Shown here piece by piece: positions 1-14,012 of a stretch of DNA of 64,000 bases (position 1 is the stretch's first letter; each line of letters opens with the position of its first letter). The notes beneath the pieces were generated by a model. The model made no database searches. It was not told where the DNA came from and saw nothing but the letters and a program-made list of their open reading frames with translations. Source of the stretch: Octopus vulgaris (lineage: Eukaryota). The DNA lies in the NCBI GenBank assembly GCA_951406725.2, contig OX597820.1, positions 55,862,001-55,926,000 on the forward strand, in the 5' to 3' direction. The translations under genes and the position numbers were made by a program.

Positions 1-134
1 TTTGTACGAGTCCATACCTCGTAGAATTCAAGCTGTAATTACTGCCAAAGGCAATCCTACCCCATCATCATCGTTATTAAAATAAATTTGCTTGAAATTT
101 TAAGGCGTTTCCATTATTTTGTCCAACCCTTGTA
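1..134 (+). mobile_element. 3' end of a Tc1-like DNA transposon (transposase C-terminus and right TIR), cut by the window edge
   Basis: From nt 2 the sequence reads LYESIPRRIQAVITAKGNPTP, resembling the Tc1 C-terminal LxxSMPRRIxAVIxAKGGxTxY. It is followed by TIR-like TTTCCATTATTTTGTCCAACCCTTG and TA. Confidence 0.75.
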
Positions 135-149
135 TATGTATATATGGGT

Positions 150-345
150 ATCATCATCATTTAACATCCACTTTCCATGCTGGCATGAGCTGGACGGTTT
201 GACTGAGGACTGGCAAGCCAGAAGGCTGCACCAGGTCCAATCTCATCTGACAAGATTTCTACAGCTGGATGCCCTTCCTAACGACAACCACTCAGAGTAT
301 AGTCAGTGCTTTTTATATGCCACCGGCACCGGGGCCAGTCTCCCT
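150..345 (-). mobile_element. SINE fragment with (GAT)n tail (family A)
   Basis: The reverse strand has GGAAGGGCATCCAGCTGTAGAAA...GCATGGAAAGTGGATGTTAAATGATGATGAT, shared with copies at about 45775, 50480 and 59330. Confidence 0.8.
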
Positions 346-1724
346 GCAAATTGCTGGCATCATTTAATTTAAAATCATTATTATTATTATTATTGTATTG
401 AGTTAGCAAAAATAGCAAAAGACTAGTCAAAGTTCAAATCTAGTCATGGCTGCTTTATAATTCCCAGCAGAAATTTTTCCTATTAAAAATAAACTCACAA
501 TCTGACAATGCCTTAAAGGCTAGTCAAACTAAGTGCATCGCTTAAATACATACCACACAACCTTCAGCAAAAAACTTCTGATCCATGAGAAAAGCAAAAA
601 AAAAAATTTTAATCACATTGTTACTGAGCATAAAACCCCACATATACAAAAGAGTTAAAAGTCTTATTGAAAATACAAAACATTTCATTAGAAACAGAAC
701 ATCCACAACATGAATGAATGCATGATATTCTATCCACCTTACACTTATACTTCTTATTGAAACACAGTATCCTAAATGAAAATTCAGAGGCAGAAAAGTA
801 ACAAGTAAATCCAAAAGTGTTCTAGTTACTGTAAATAGCTACCAGACAAATCAATGTTAAATTTTTTTTTTTTTTTAATATATAGCAGTATGATGGCAAA
901 TTTATCTTTTGCAACACACATTTTATATAGACTCACTCAAAAACTCAGTACAGCCCTCTCTGTCATACACACATACACACTCACACCCATATATGTATAC
1001 CCAGTCCATCCTTCATCCACCAATATGAATCTATTCCTGTCATGGCAACATTCCAACTAGAGCCAATTCTAGGTACATGTACCTCTCCCCATTTCCAAAC
1101 ATAAACACAGCTAAAAAGATATTCTATTTTCATTACCTTTTCTCAGAAAATATCAAGGAAAAGATAACTTATCATCATCATCATTCCTACATAAAAGCCT
1201 TTGATTAAGGAACTGCTTTCCAATTCATTACTCTTTTCCATAAAACCACTCTAGATATAAGGGAGCAATGAAGTTTGTTTTTTATTCTCTACTATGCTAG
1301 TGTGGCAAACTTGCTCATATATTTGAAGTAAGGAAAACCAGAAGAAAAATTTATACAAACATCCATCCATCTAATCAATGCTATGTTTTTACACACAGAC
1401 TTACACATTAAGAGATAATCAAAACCAAATGTTAAAAACATTTTTCTTGTTTGTGAATAAGCTAAAAATACAATTTTCAATAGTCAGGTCAGTAACACAT
1501 TTTCCTTTGTTTCTACATCCATCTGCCATGCTAGTATGGGTTAGAGGAAGAATATTTTACTGAGGTTTTTCATGTAAGAGATCTCTTATTCCACACCATC
1601 TTCAAAGGTGCAAAGCTAGTAGATCATTTGTTGACGAGAAATGGCAATGTTACTCTTTGTAGCTAAGCAATTTACAGAGAACAAATGTAATCAAACAAAC
1701 ATAAGTAATGGAAAAAGGGGTGCT

Positions 1725-1880
1725 TCTTTTAGTTTCTGTCAATCAGTTCTACTCTGAAAGCTTTGGTCAGCCCAGGGTTATACAAGAATATACATGTCTA
1801 CAGAGCTGCACAGTGTGATTGAACATGAAATCCTATGATTGAAAAGTGGAACTTCTTAAGCACACAATCACACTTGCACC
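1725..1880 (-). mobile_element. degenerate tRNA-derived SINE (family B)
   Basis: Similar by eye to the head region of the copy at 5190-5582. Confidence 0.55.
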
Positions 1881-4345
1881 TTACAGAGCCAACTCTTAGT
1901 GATTTATTAAACATTAGTTCAAACAAGTGTTCCAACCATGACCATCCCATCTTATGTTATCAGATTTGTAGCATATAAGAACAAAAGTACTCCAATTCTG
2001 ATTGTGGATTAGTGTTTATTTTTAAAATTTTCCAAATATGACCATAGTTGGAATGTTTGATGAATCAATAACTACGTTTAGATTCCTTACTAACATGACC
2101 ATTGAAATTTGCATACTTTCAGTGCATATGGAAATAAAAGATGAAGTGGACTGATTTGCTTCAAGTTTGCAAAATTCCTGTTTCGGTAAAGAATACAAAC
2201 AAATGAAATAGCAAACAACTTCATATTTAGTGCATTTGTCTGATAGAATAGCACGCTAAAACACTTTTTGAATCATTGCATTGTTCATACAGTAATCAGT
2301 ATTCTACACCATATGTATGCCTGACTCCACAAGTTTGTTTCAAAAAAAATTTTATTTATAGTATATAGCGAGAAATTTTGGCTGCTAGGAGCTCAATCCT
2401 ATAACATTGTACTGAAATATCCATTGTTATAAACTTCCTTATAATGAGACATTGTTCATTTAATAAGATTACAGCAAGAGATTAAAAAAAAAAAATGCTG
2501 TGCTTAAAAATTCATTATTGGTATTTGCTGTAATGGAATTTCGCGCACACGCATGCGTGTGTGTGTGTGTGTAAGTAAATGAAAGTTTGAACAAGCTGGA
2601 CTAATAGTCTACTGAACAAGTCTTAACAGTTCACATCATATCAGGTGTCCATGACTTCAGACACTAAACCATCACAATATTATAGCCGACTTGCTGGGAA
2701 CAGTTTCCAGTAGGTGAAATACTTTATTGCTGCAAGCTATTCAACTGACTTGAACACTTTCAAAAAATATAGCTTGAAGAGAATGTCTCACCACAGTGTA
2801 ACATTTTTTTTTATAAATGAGGACACAATAAAAAAGCAACAAGGTTTTTCTCCCTCACATCTTTTTTTTTTTTTTTGTAAACCTTATTCCAGGAAATGTC
2901 TTTACCCATTGAGATTTGAGTATAAGATCATTAACTGCTACACACATTTATTTTTTTCAATTTGTTATTATTATTATTGAAATATTAAAAGTTATTATAA
3001 TTATGGAGGATGGCATTCATTGAGAGAAAGGGATTTGGCTTAGGTGTACCAACAACTGTTACTCTCTTCATGTTTAGAAGGTTCAACAAACATTAACAAG
3101 GAAGCAGTAAAACACACTGAAAAAAAAAAAAAAACAGAGCTGCTGTTATAGCAACAACCTGTTTTAGGGATTGGTCAAAGTAGGTAGGGTAGACAAGCAA
3201 GTATAGTAAGCTGCAAGCAGGAGATTTGACCCAATAACAGAAATATGCCTCCCTTTTACTACCATTACATTTCTACAATTAAAAGTGCTGTAATCTACTG
3301 TGTGTGAGTGTATAAATATAATGTAATCTATGCAAACATACACATTGTAGTATATATATATAGTACATTACAAGTATATTCTGATTGTATAAACTGATAC
3401 TTGTATACGTGAAGCATAGAGAATGGTACAGAGCAACATATGAAATTACAAATTCAGGTATATAATAGTACTGATATAGAACAGGTATTCAGTGATATTA
3501 GTCATAACACACAACATACTATATCACCTGTTTCAATTACTCTCCATGTTATACCACCAGCTATGATACATTGAGTGAAGGATAAAGCACATACTAAACC
3601 AATACTTGCATAAGTGATCTAAATATCTACAGAGAAATCTTAAATGACAGTCCAAAGATAGTGATAATCCTGAAAAATTCTACTTCAATCAATCAATTTC
3701 ATTTTTTCATTGACTTCTTATATAACATCAATGTGCCTACTTATATCAGTCTTATCTTCATAATTCATCAGGTGATTTATGACATCATCATAATCAGTGT
3801 TGATGTATTTTTGCTCTTGTATAATTATGGTTGACTGGATGGGCTTTCTTATGCAAGAAGCAATGCTGATTTCTCTCCTGCACAGAAACAAAGTCTCATA
3901 TAGGAGAGGGAACAACTAAAATAATCTATGTCAGGATTTTCTCAACTCTAGTCTAGTCTGAAACTATGGCAAACTCATCTCACTGAAACTTTCTCAATTC
4001 ATTACTTAACCAAGACTTTGGATATCCACCACCATATCTAATTCTTTCTCTCTCTCTCTCCCACTTTCTGTAAACAATATTACTAGGCTAAGTTAAGTAA
4101 AATAACAAGTGGAAACTGAAACTCAGTTACAGACCTACTATTTAAATTAAATTAGATTTCTTACTAAAAAAATATCATACAAAACATCATTTAGACTGAG
4201 CCAACCTTGGTATGGTGGGTGATGGAGTTGATTGAAGCAGGGTCACTTTGTGAATGCTTATCACCACAGTAGGGCTTGAACTTAGCATTCTATGAATGCT
4301 CCTGCTACTTACAGTGGTAAGTTTGTAATTATTTATGGCACCTAT

Positions 4346-4786
4346 TTAACCCTTTTGCTACCATATTTCTGTTGAAATACACTTCCAATGTTTCAATTTA
4401 GAAATTAATGAAGAATTTAGTAAAATAACTACCATTATTAAGCTGGTGTTTGGAGCATAAATCAACATGAAATTTTGATGGAAGGTTTTACTTCAGATGA
4501 TTTAACTTGGCATTTAAACTGGCCATATCCAGCCCAAATATTCTGTTTTATATTCAGACTGGTCACATTCAGCCTATCACACATACCCTACAATGTAATT
4601 CTAAAAATAAACAATCATCATAATCTCAAAGCTATGAGATAACACATGACTAATTCTAAACAATATGAATAAATAATAGCCTTACATTTGACAGAGTAAT
4701 CTGAATGCTAAAGGGTTAAAACAAAAAAAGTTTGCATTATTGAACTAAGAGCAGGGTTTCAGGTGGATTGGTATCAGAAGGATTAA
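4346..4786. mobile_element. TTAA-flanked piggyBac-type MITE containing a second nested MITE (4502-4719)
   Basis: Outer ends TTAA-CCCTTTTGCTACC ... GGTATCAGAAGGA-TTAA. Inner ends TTAA-CTTGGCATT ... AATGCTAAAGGG-TTAA. An uninterrupted relative of the outer element lies at 49263-49491. Confidence 0.65.
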
Positions 4787-5189
4787 AGTTAGGTAGATTG
4801 AGACAGCAAGGACTAAGTGTCCACCCAACAGAACAATAATCAATACCCCACTGATGGGGTATTCAGCTATGGAAATCACACATTCATTTATGGATTCTTT
4901 AAACTTGTCTTTAGCTGATCTGGCCTATATACATGAATGCAAATCTAAAAAACTATTACCATATTTAACCTATACAGGAAATAAACTTTTACATGAAAAA
5001 ACCCAGTCTAGTGAACTGAAGAGTGAAGGGAGGGGGAGCTTCTAGTTTTAGAGACAAGAAAATAAAGATATTTGAAGAGGTTTTACCTTAATTGAAAGCT
5101 GTAAGCAAGTGATTCATATCATTCAGTCCCATACTTTGATATTTGTGTAGCAATGACAAAATATCAATTACAGATCCAACATACAACAC

Positions 5190-5582
5190 TTTACTCTTTT
5201 ACACTTATTTGTTTCAGTCATTTGACTGTGGCCATGCTGGAACACTGCCTTTAGTCAAGCAAATCGACCCCAAGACTTATTCTTTGTAAGCTTAGTACTT
5301 ATTCTATCGGTCTCTTTTGCTGAACCACTAAGTTACAGGGGCGTAAACACACCAGCATTGGTTGTCAAGCGATGTTGGGGGTACAAACACAGACACACAC
5401 ATATATATATACATACATATATGACAGGCTTTTTTCAGTTTCCGTCTACCAAATCCACTCACAAGGCTTTGGTCAGCCCAAGGCTATAGTAGAAGACACC
5501 CAATGATCCACGCAGTGGGACTGAACCCGGAACCATGTGGTTAGTAAGCAAGCTACTAACCACACAGCCACTCCTGCACCTA
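5190..5582 (-). mobile_element. near full-length tRNA-derived SINE (family B)
   Basis: The minus strand begins GGTGCAGGAGTGGCTGTGTGGTTAGTAGC (A-box-like) with B-box-like GGTTCAGTCCC, a central TA/TG microsatellite and an AAAAGAGT-type tail. A second long copy lies at 51750-52152. Confidence 0.85.
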
Positions 5583-5709
5583 CTTAGTTAACTTTAGTTA
5601 TTTTTATTAGTTTTTTTTTTCCTACACTTCATAAAGGTAGCAAAAGATAGAGATTAAAAACCACTCATATAACCAATAAAAAAAAACACACACACACAAT
5701 GTTAAAAGC

Positions 5710-5890
5710 ATAGGTGCAGAAACGGCAGTGTGATTAAGAATTTCACTTCTCAATATCATGAGGTCTCCAGTTCAGTCCCACTACATGGCATTTTGTGCCA
5801 GTGGTTTTTACTATAACCCAGCGATAACCAAAGCCTTGTGAACAGATATGGAAGGTAGAAATAGAACAAAGCCCATCACGTGAAAGAGTG
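5710..5890 (+). mobile_element. degenerate SINE (family B head)
   Basis: GGTGCAGAAACGGCAGTGTGATTAAG...GTTCAGTCCCACT...CCAAAGCCTTGTGA. Confidence 0.6.
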
Positions 5891-7405
5891 AGTGTTTTCT
5901 TGACATCATGCACTAGTTGTCCAACATTGCTGTCATACAAGCAGTGTGAGTCATTAACAATTTCCCATGGAAAAAATCTGCCTCAACCTCATTTGACTTA
6001 AGCAAGCACTGAGTGGTGAACATCAGTATGACAAGGACATTGATGACGTTTAATAATTCTAACAGATGACTGAAATATTCGACAGTAACAAACAAAATGC
6101 AACCTTACAGCAGTGAATAAATGTTTCTAGTAATACAAACTTAAAAGTAAAGATGTAAAGTGTCATGGGATCAGGCAAAGTGGTGATAATATCAATGATA
6201 ATATATTTATGCTGATACTAGAGTATGTCAGTGGTTATGATATCAGTGAAAACATATTCATGCGAAAAGTGAAGAAGTTTTGTCTGATCCAATAAGCTTT
6301 GTTGAGTGAGCAGTATATACTGAGCTAACTTGTATATAAGCAACAGACACAAAAAAAAAACACACAGGTCAAGAATGTTTTGAAAATCCACACTACTATT
6401 AAAACACTGTTGTATAGTAAAAAGAATACTTAAAACAATGCACATGACAAATTTCACATTTCATAAACATATCCTAAGTTTAGAAATCCAAACATTGAAG
6501 AGGATACACAACATTATCAACTGATGTAGGAACAATATGAATATTAAGAATTATGAGGAGTACATTTACTAAAAGAACTATTTCAATCTCAACATTTAAG
6601 TTTTCTTGTAATTTATCATCATCTTTATAAGGACAGCAACTTAAATGCTGATCACCCATCCAATCAATGCCAGCAGAGAAAGAGCAGACATAAAATGATA
6701 AAATACAAGATCTCTGCAATTTACAGTATCTTCTTGCTGTCCATTAAATCTAACTGATTTAATTTCACATACTATCTTACTTGAAAACAAAGACCAATGT
6801 CAGAACAGGCATCTAGTCATAAAATAATACTACATCAAGCTGCCTCATCTAACCCATAACAGAACAGTAAAAGTGAGTATAATAACAGTGGTGGTGATTG
6901 ATTTTAAGACTAACATCACATAGTAAAATGCCTAATTACTTTCATATGGGTTGAAGAAGCCACAGTAATTATAGAAGTAGATTTAATAGGCAATTTCCTA
7001 TTAATGGGAAAAGAGATTTAGATAAAGTTTTCTATTACTTCTTGAATCAAAATGTCAACAATTTTTACTGGAGCTGTATCAACTGGATTTTAGGAAGAAT
7101 ATGAAACAGCTGCAAATGTAAAAATGGTACTTGATAACTTATTAAATCAGTGTGGCCCTTTTCATATGAATGGCAAAAAAATCATTTGGCAGAACAATCT
7201 TGCCACTAGCAAATCAGAATGACTCTCACAATAACTACATCTTGATGTATATTACTACCCTTGAAAAATGCTTTCCATTCCTGAATACCAAAAATAACAG
7301 TGATAAGATGTAACAACAGTAAACAACCAAACATTTTATTCAACAAAGACTACCATTATACCAATACTATAGTTGACATTACAGATAAACCATTACACAC
7401 ACACA

Positions 7406-9487
7406 CAGTAATACCTTGCAGTACGTGTTTAATTTGTTCCAAGACCGAGGTCACTTTACAATTTACTTGTTTTACAAACCAATTTTCCCCATTAAAATTA
7501 ACTAAAATATAATTAATCCATTCCAGCCCCACCAAAACCACCCCAGAATAATTTTTTATAAGTTTTAAAACCAAAGAGGTATAGCTATGTAGTTACAAGT
7601 AAAATGACAATTATAAAAAAGAGAATGCATAAGAAATATGTAAACAGGTTTTATTAACTGAATTGCCTTAAAGATGGGACGATTTGTGCATGTGGAAGAG
7701 GATAGAGCAAGGAGGAGGATTAGTTTGGAAGGAGAAACTTTTTCCATTAAGACTTCATGAAGAACAATTTCTGACGTTTTCTCTCTCATCTCAATTTAGC
7801 CTTTTTGGACACACTTTCTTCACTTGTTTCACTTGCAGGTCATTTCATTAGAAACATCTCAAGAGAAGCCTGCTTTTTCCTGCCTTTCAAAATGTTATGA
7901 AAATGCATCAGAGCAGTGTCTTTAAATAAAGCAACTGCACGACTTGTCGCTACTTTTTCAGGATGATAATTTTCTACAAATTCAGAAATATACTGCCACT
8001 TTGTCAACACTGCTTTTATGTCACTCGTAGAGATAGCACTCTCCACTACACTGCCAGGCCATATCGATAATTTTCAGACAGTTTAGTGCTCCTTTCAAAA
8101 CTCACGAAGGGTTAGATTTGTATTTTTGGTGACTTCAAAGCACTGACAAAACAGGTGTTTGGTGTACAATTTCTTAAAATTAGAAATCACTTGATGGTTC
8201 ATGGGCTGCAAGATAGGGGTGGTACTGCATGAAAGGTACATAACTTATATAAATCTAAATTCATCCAGGATATCTTCATGGTTAAGAGGATGAGCAGGAA
8301 CACAGTCGAGAATGAGTAGGGTCTCGAGAGGAAGATTATTCTCCAGAAGGTACGTTTTCACTGCTGGTCCAGAGACAAAAGTTGACCCACTTGGAGAATT
8401 ACCTGGTGACTCAGGCTTTAACATTTGCCCCCCACATGACCTCCAGCTTCTCCTGCAGGATTTTGTGACTCCAATGCTCATGAGTTTTCAGAATGGTAGA
8501 CAAGAAACAGCTTAATCTTCAAGTCTCCATTTGAATTGGCACAAAGGGCTAGAATTAACCTATCTTTCATAAGCTTGTGGCCTGGCATTTTCTTCTCTGC
8601 AGTTATGCAGGTTCTTCTGGGCATTTTTTCCAAAGCAGGCCAGTTTCATCACAGTTGAATACCAGTTGTGTGATGTACCCCTCGGCTGCGATGAGCTGGT
8701 GGAATTCAAGTTCAAAATTTTCAGCTGTCTTCATGTCAGAGCTCACCGCTTCTTCATACATGATGGTGCTATGAACACCAGTCCTCTTCTTGAAATTATC
8801 AAACCAGCTGTGACTGGCCTGAAATGTGTCTGCTGATGTCTCCTCTGTTGATGTTCCAGGGTTCTGCTTCAGGGGATCCCCATACAGCACACATGCTTTT
8901 TCACAGACGATGGTCTCCGTAATCGTATCCCCTGTGAGTTACTTCTTGCTAATCCACAGAAGTAATTTTTCCATCCTTTCGTGGACAGATGTGCATTGCT
9001 TAGAGAGCCTAGAGGTACCCTTTGCTGTTGTAACGGCCTTGATCTCGTCCTTTTTCTTCAGGATGGTGCAGATCATCAACATATTTTGGTCATATTGATG
9101 TGCTATGTCCACTACAAGCACTCCTCTCGCATTTTTATGATTTCCTTCTTCAATTCCATCATAATCAGTTTTTTCCTTCTTTTCAGCACTCTCCTTTGCA
9201 CTAACATTCTTAGGACCCATGACTAACACAACTAATTATTATAAAATAATAGCAAAACATGCACAAAACTAAACAAAAACCCAACAAGATAAACATGTGA
9301 ACTGAGCAAGTAGAGACTGCTCTTGTTGGGAGAGTATGTGAGCTCAGCGCTGACTATTGATCGCTTATATGAAACTCGCTCATGCTGTGGATTTCTGCTA
9401 GCATTTCCAGACTAAAATTTGCACGAGCCTCACCTTATACAGTAAATTACTCATACAATGATGTGATTGTACTATGAGGTTCTACTG
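7406..9487 (-). mobile_element. Tigger/pogo DNA transposon with fragmented transposase
   Basis: ORF fragments: MGPKNVS (N-terminal HTH), FQASHSWFDNFKKRTG (CENP-B HTH), VFNCDETGLLWKK (first catalytic D) and LLILDCVPAHP. Ends CAGTAATACCT (7406) and AGGTTCTACTG-TA (9487) are TIR-like. Confidence 0.9.
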
Positions 9488-9588
9488 TATATAGTAGCTA
9501 GTGAAGTGCCCTCTATTGAGTGATTACTACTTCCGAGGTTCTGCTAGCTAGAAAACTTACATAGCTTGGATTATGCCTGCTCCATTCC

Positions 9589-9632
<44 letters not shown>

Positions 9633-9740
9633 ACCATTGGTGTACTGAATGGACCTAACAACACAAAAATGGTGCCAGTGATCAACTAAGCACAGCTGAA
9701 GGAAATTTGATGGAATTATTTAAAACTCACTGCATTCAAA

Positions 9741-11080
9741 CTGTGCTACAGGGAATTTGTTGTTTCAAAGACCTATAATTGCTAGTCTAAGGCTATGTAG
9801 TTGGAACCTCTTAAAAACTGAAAGAGTAAACTACAATAGTCTCACTGATTGGGGATCAAACCATATATCAATCATTTGTTGAGATTGATGCTTATATCTA
9901 TTACATTAATATGACACTTCAGATTTTATAAGGGAAAGGAGAACAAGATAACATAATGCTTGTAATGTTCAGACTTTTCCTAATATGATGTAGTTGAATG
10001 GCAACCACAGACAGAGTCACTAATAGTGTATCAAACTATGAGCATCAACAGCTTACATTACTTTCCTCTAATGTACTGGCCTAAATAATGAATAAAATAG
10101 GAGGACAACCTGATACTCTTATTTTGTTACAATTAACCTCTCAAGTACACTACTTACACAAGCAGATACATAAAAGGTGAGTAACTGAGAGCAGTGTTCA
10201 TGTTCAAATTAACAGCTAGCAGCTCAAGTAATTTAAACACACTACTCTGCCTTGTTAGAGATGAACAAGTTAGAACTTGCAGCCTGCTATATTAAATACC
10301 AAGCAGTACAGTTGTAGTTCAAGACTCACTGGAGTGAACTTGATCCTTCCAGGACTATATTATTTTTCACTATAAAAATTAACCGTTGGCCTTTTAAAAC
10401 AACACTTGCTTTTACCTCAGATAAATCTGGTGACTAAAGTCACACCACCCTACAAGCTGTTATTAACACTGACTAACTATTGTGTGAAGGAAAAGTAATA
10501 AAATATACAGAGGCTATGAACTCACTCGAAACAAGTGATCCTTCCAAGACTATAGCATTCTTCACTACAAAAATTAACCGTTTGCCTTTTAAAGCAACAA
10601 TTGCTTTTACCTCAAATAAATTTAGTGACTAAAGTCACACCACACTACAAGCTGTTATTAACACTGACTATCGTGTGAAGGAAAAGCAATAAAATACACA
10701 GAGGCTATGAACTCACTTGAAACAATTTCTTGGTAATGTTTGAAGATTGTCCCAAATCTTTTCACTAATATTCTATTTTTATCACATTACTATGCTAGCT
10801 TGTTTTACACAAAATTTATTACTGAAACATTGCATATAAAATTTGTTATAAATGATGTATTGGTCAATTTTCAAGTAGCAGGATAAAGGAAACAGCAACT
10901 GTCTGCATTCAAATCCCTGTAGCAACTCTGTGCTACAGGGAATTTGCTGTTTCAAAGACCTATAATTGCTAGTCTAAGGCCATATAGTTGGAACCTCTTA
11001 AAAACAGAGAGTAAACTACAATAGTCTCACTGATTGGGGATCGAACCATGTATCAATCATTTGTTGAGATTGATGCTTAT
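9741..11080 (+). repeat. local direct duplications: about 155 bp at 9741-9897 and 10928-11080, enclosing a tandem pair of about 190 bp (10341-10534 and 10536-10724)
   Basis: Shared strings CTGTGCTACAGGGAATTTG...GAGATTGATGCTTATAT (outer pair) and TGATCCTTCC...GAGGCTATGAACTCAC (inner pair). Confidence 0.9.
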
Positions 11081-13579
11081 ATTACCGACATTAAACTCTT
11101 GGTGGTTAATTCGTAATATAAGAAAGGTTTCAATTTAATTTCAACTATTAACATAGGAAGCACAGAACTTATTTTATTGACCCTAAAAGGAAAAAAGGGC
11201 ACAGCCAACTTCAGCAAAATATGAAATCTGAATGTAAAGAGAAGTAATGAAATCATACATTTTACTATTTCTAGCACTTAATAATTTACAACAGTCAATG
11301 GCTATCATACTACCAATGTTTTAAAACGCTAATATTAAATCATCATCAATGCACATAAGTCTGCATAACAAAATCCCAGTAAAACCAATGTTTTTCTTTT
11401 TTTTTTATTATTTACAGCAAAATAGATTAATAAAACATTTGTCATAAAATATTTTATTTTCAAAGTAAATTTGCCATTTCAGGAACGGCTTAAAACAAAA
11501 TGTCAAAAACCCACAGTAAATATTTCACATTATATGACTTTTCTACTCATAACAGTTTGACAGAAAATGGCAAAACAACTCATGAGGATGATGAGAACAT
11601 ATGACAAGCATATATTGACAGCATAAAGAAGCAAACTACCAAGACATCATAGTGGCACACACAACATATGCTCATTTATAAGCATTTTAATGCAAACAGA
11701 TAAATTCTCCACTTCTTTAAGATATCAACAACTGAACCTACTAAGACTTGACAATAAAAAGCTACTATCAATAATAGAAATGTACTGAAGGTAATGATTT
11801 TAATAAGTTATATGTAATGATTCTCCACATCTATACTTAATCAAGTCAAGTATACAATATTCGTCTCTCAAAGTACGCCTTATGAGATATCACATTTCAT
11901 GCAGAACAAAGAATTTGAGTGTACTCTTATCTGAAGCATGAACTTTCATACATGTTCAGGAATAGGTTAGGCATTACCTTAGTAAAAACAGCACAAGCCC
12001 CAATTTATGTACAACATTTTGCTCCAACAATGGCTCACTGCCAAGAACAAAATAAATTAATCATTCTCTAATAATCTCTTCATTTGAATATCAACAGCAA
12101 GGGTGAGTACCCAAAATACATAACAGGCAAGAGAACAAAACCATAATATTTTATCCTGGTTACCAAGCTACATACTTTTTAACTTATATAAAAATTCATC
12201 ATAGCCTTATGTTTCTTCTGTACATCATATACCTCTCAAAGTACACTGAGTTATTGGCTGCTAACAAAAACATAAGTGAAAAGAACTGTCACCAAGATAT
12301 TCAATATAAAAAGGAAAATGAACACTTACAGATGCAGAGAGTGAGGCAAAGATACTGGACCCTATTAGTAGCATATGGACTAGAAAGTATGAAATAACTT
12401 TTTAAATGTTTGGCTTCAGTAGTGTTATTCACAAAGCCTAAAAGTGAATTAAATTTTACTAATTACAAATAATATTTTGCAAACTCCTAGACTCCCAAAA
12501 GGTTAAACTGGTGTATAGTGTTTATTTTGTCCAGGATTCTAAGCAATGTAAAATCTTAGTTCTCATGGAGAAAATCATAAATGATAATTAAGCTGAAAAA
12601 GTGAGAATGCTGCTGGTGAACAAAAACTGTTTATTACAATTCTAGACTTCTACCTAACAAAAGCAATCTCGTGACTAGTTTTAATTTTAGTTTTTTTTTT
12701 TTATCATATAAGAGAGAAACAAACAGGATGAGGTTAAGGTGCAACATTCTACTGTCTGTATACAGCAAGACAAAACACTAACTGGCTCAAAAATTAATAT
12801 CACTGTGCTGGTTGTGGTTCAGACAGACACAAAGATATTCAACATTAAATACACTAACTGCATTAATTTATATTGAAATATCTTACTCATTCCCCCATAC
12901 ACTTACAGGAAAAATAGAATAAAAAATTTTAATGAATACATTAAAAAACAACATAAATCAAATTAAAACTTCCACAGGATGTATACATCCTAATTATAAT
13001 TTTAAAAATATAATTCTATAGGACTAAATCCTCATACCCTGAAGACCTGTTGTATATTTTCTTTTGGTCTGTAACCATACCAACTAGCAAAATTCAATGA
13101 TAGAACTATATATCATCAACAGCATTTTACATGTTTTTCATACTGGTATGGATTGAATATGTCATCATAAACCAAGCACCTCCCATTGGGAGCTACCACT
13201 CCCAAAGACTAGGAACTCCTGTGCTATTTGTCTTGGTTTCCAAGGCTGCATTTTCTTGTTACACCTACACTAGAGAGAGTGAATAGCCCTTAGTGAGACA
13301 GGGTTAGAGTTACTGCATAGCCCAAAACTTTCTCTGGTCACTTAGCTTTATAGGTTGTGGGAAAAGGGGTCAGACAGTAAACAAATTTGGAGGGAACAAT
13401 GACACAGAAATAGGTATTTGAGAGATGGGGGGGAAAAGGAGTAAATCTAAATAAAGAGAGTACTCAAATTAGGGTGTGACCAAGGAGAGGAACTGAGGTG
13501 AAAAAAAGGGAAAGAACACTGACATCAAAAGGACCATAATGGGTGGAGGGTGAAATGAACATGATGGGAAGAAGACAAG

Positions 13580-14012
13580 TATTGAATCATCCCATAAATA
13601 ATGTGACTTTTTTCAAATGCATGAAACAGAAGTCGGAGGTGGATGGGATAAACTACCTGCATCAACAGAGAGGATGACATTCTAAAGGCCAGAGAAGTTT
13701 GAATGGGAAAAGATGCCCCATCCACCATATTCACCAGACATTGCCCCATCTGATTATCATTTATTCTGCAATCTTCATAATCATTTGACAGAAAAAATAT
13801 GAATTCTGTAGACGAGGCAAGAACAGTACTGGAGGAGTATTTTTCATCACAGACAAGTGAATTTTGGAAGAAGGGCCCTGCAAGTCTACCAGAGAGATGG
13901 AAGAGCATTGTAGAAAATGGAGAATATATTTTAGATTAAAAAAGAACATTATCTTAATTTTGAAAAATAAAATAAGTATAAAAAACTGCATTATTTATGG
14001 AATGTCCCAATA
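13580..14012 (+). mobile_element. internally deleted mariner element
   Basis: Encodes HPPYSPDIAPSDYHL. Inverted ends contain CCATAAATAATG and CATTATTTATGG, flanked by TA. Same family as 42336-43350. Confidence 0.85.

Noticed and set aside
6218-7250. Short minus-strand ORFs as exons of the RRM gene or of a transposase
   Set aside because: No RRM or RS content and no recognisable motif.
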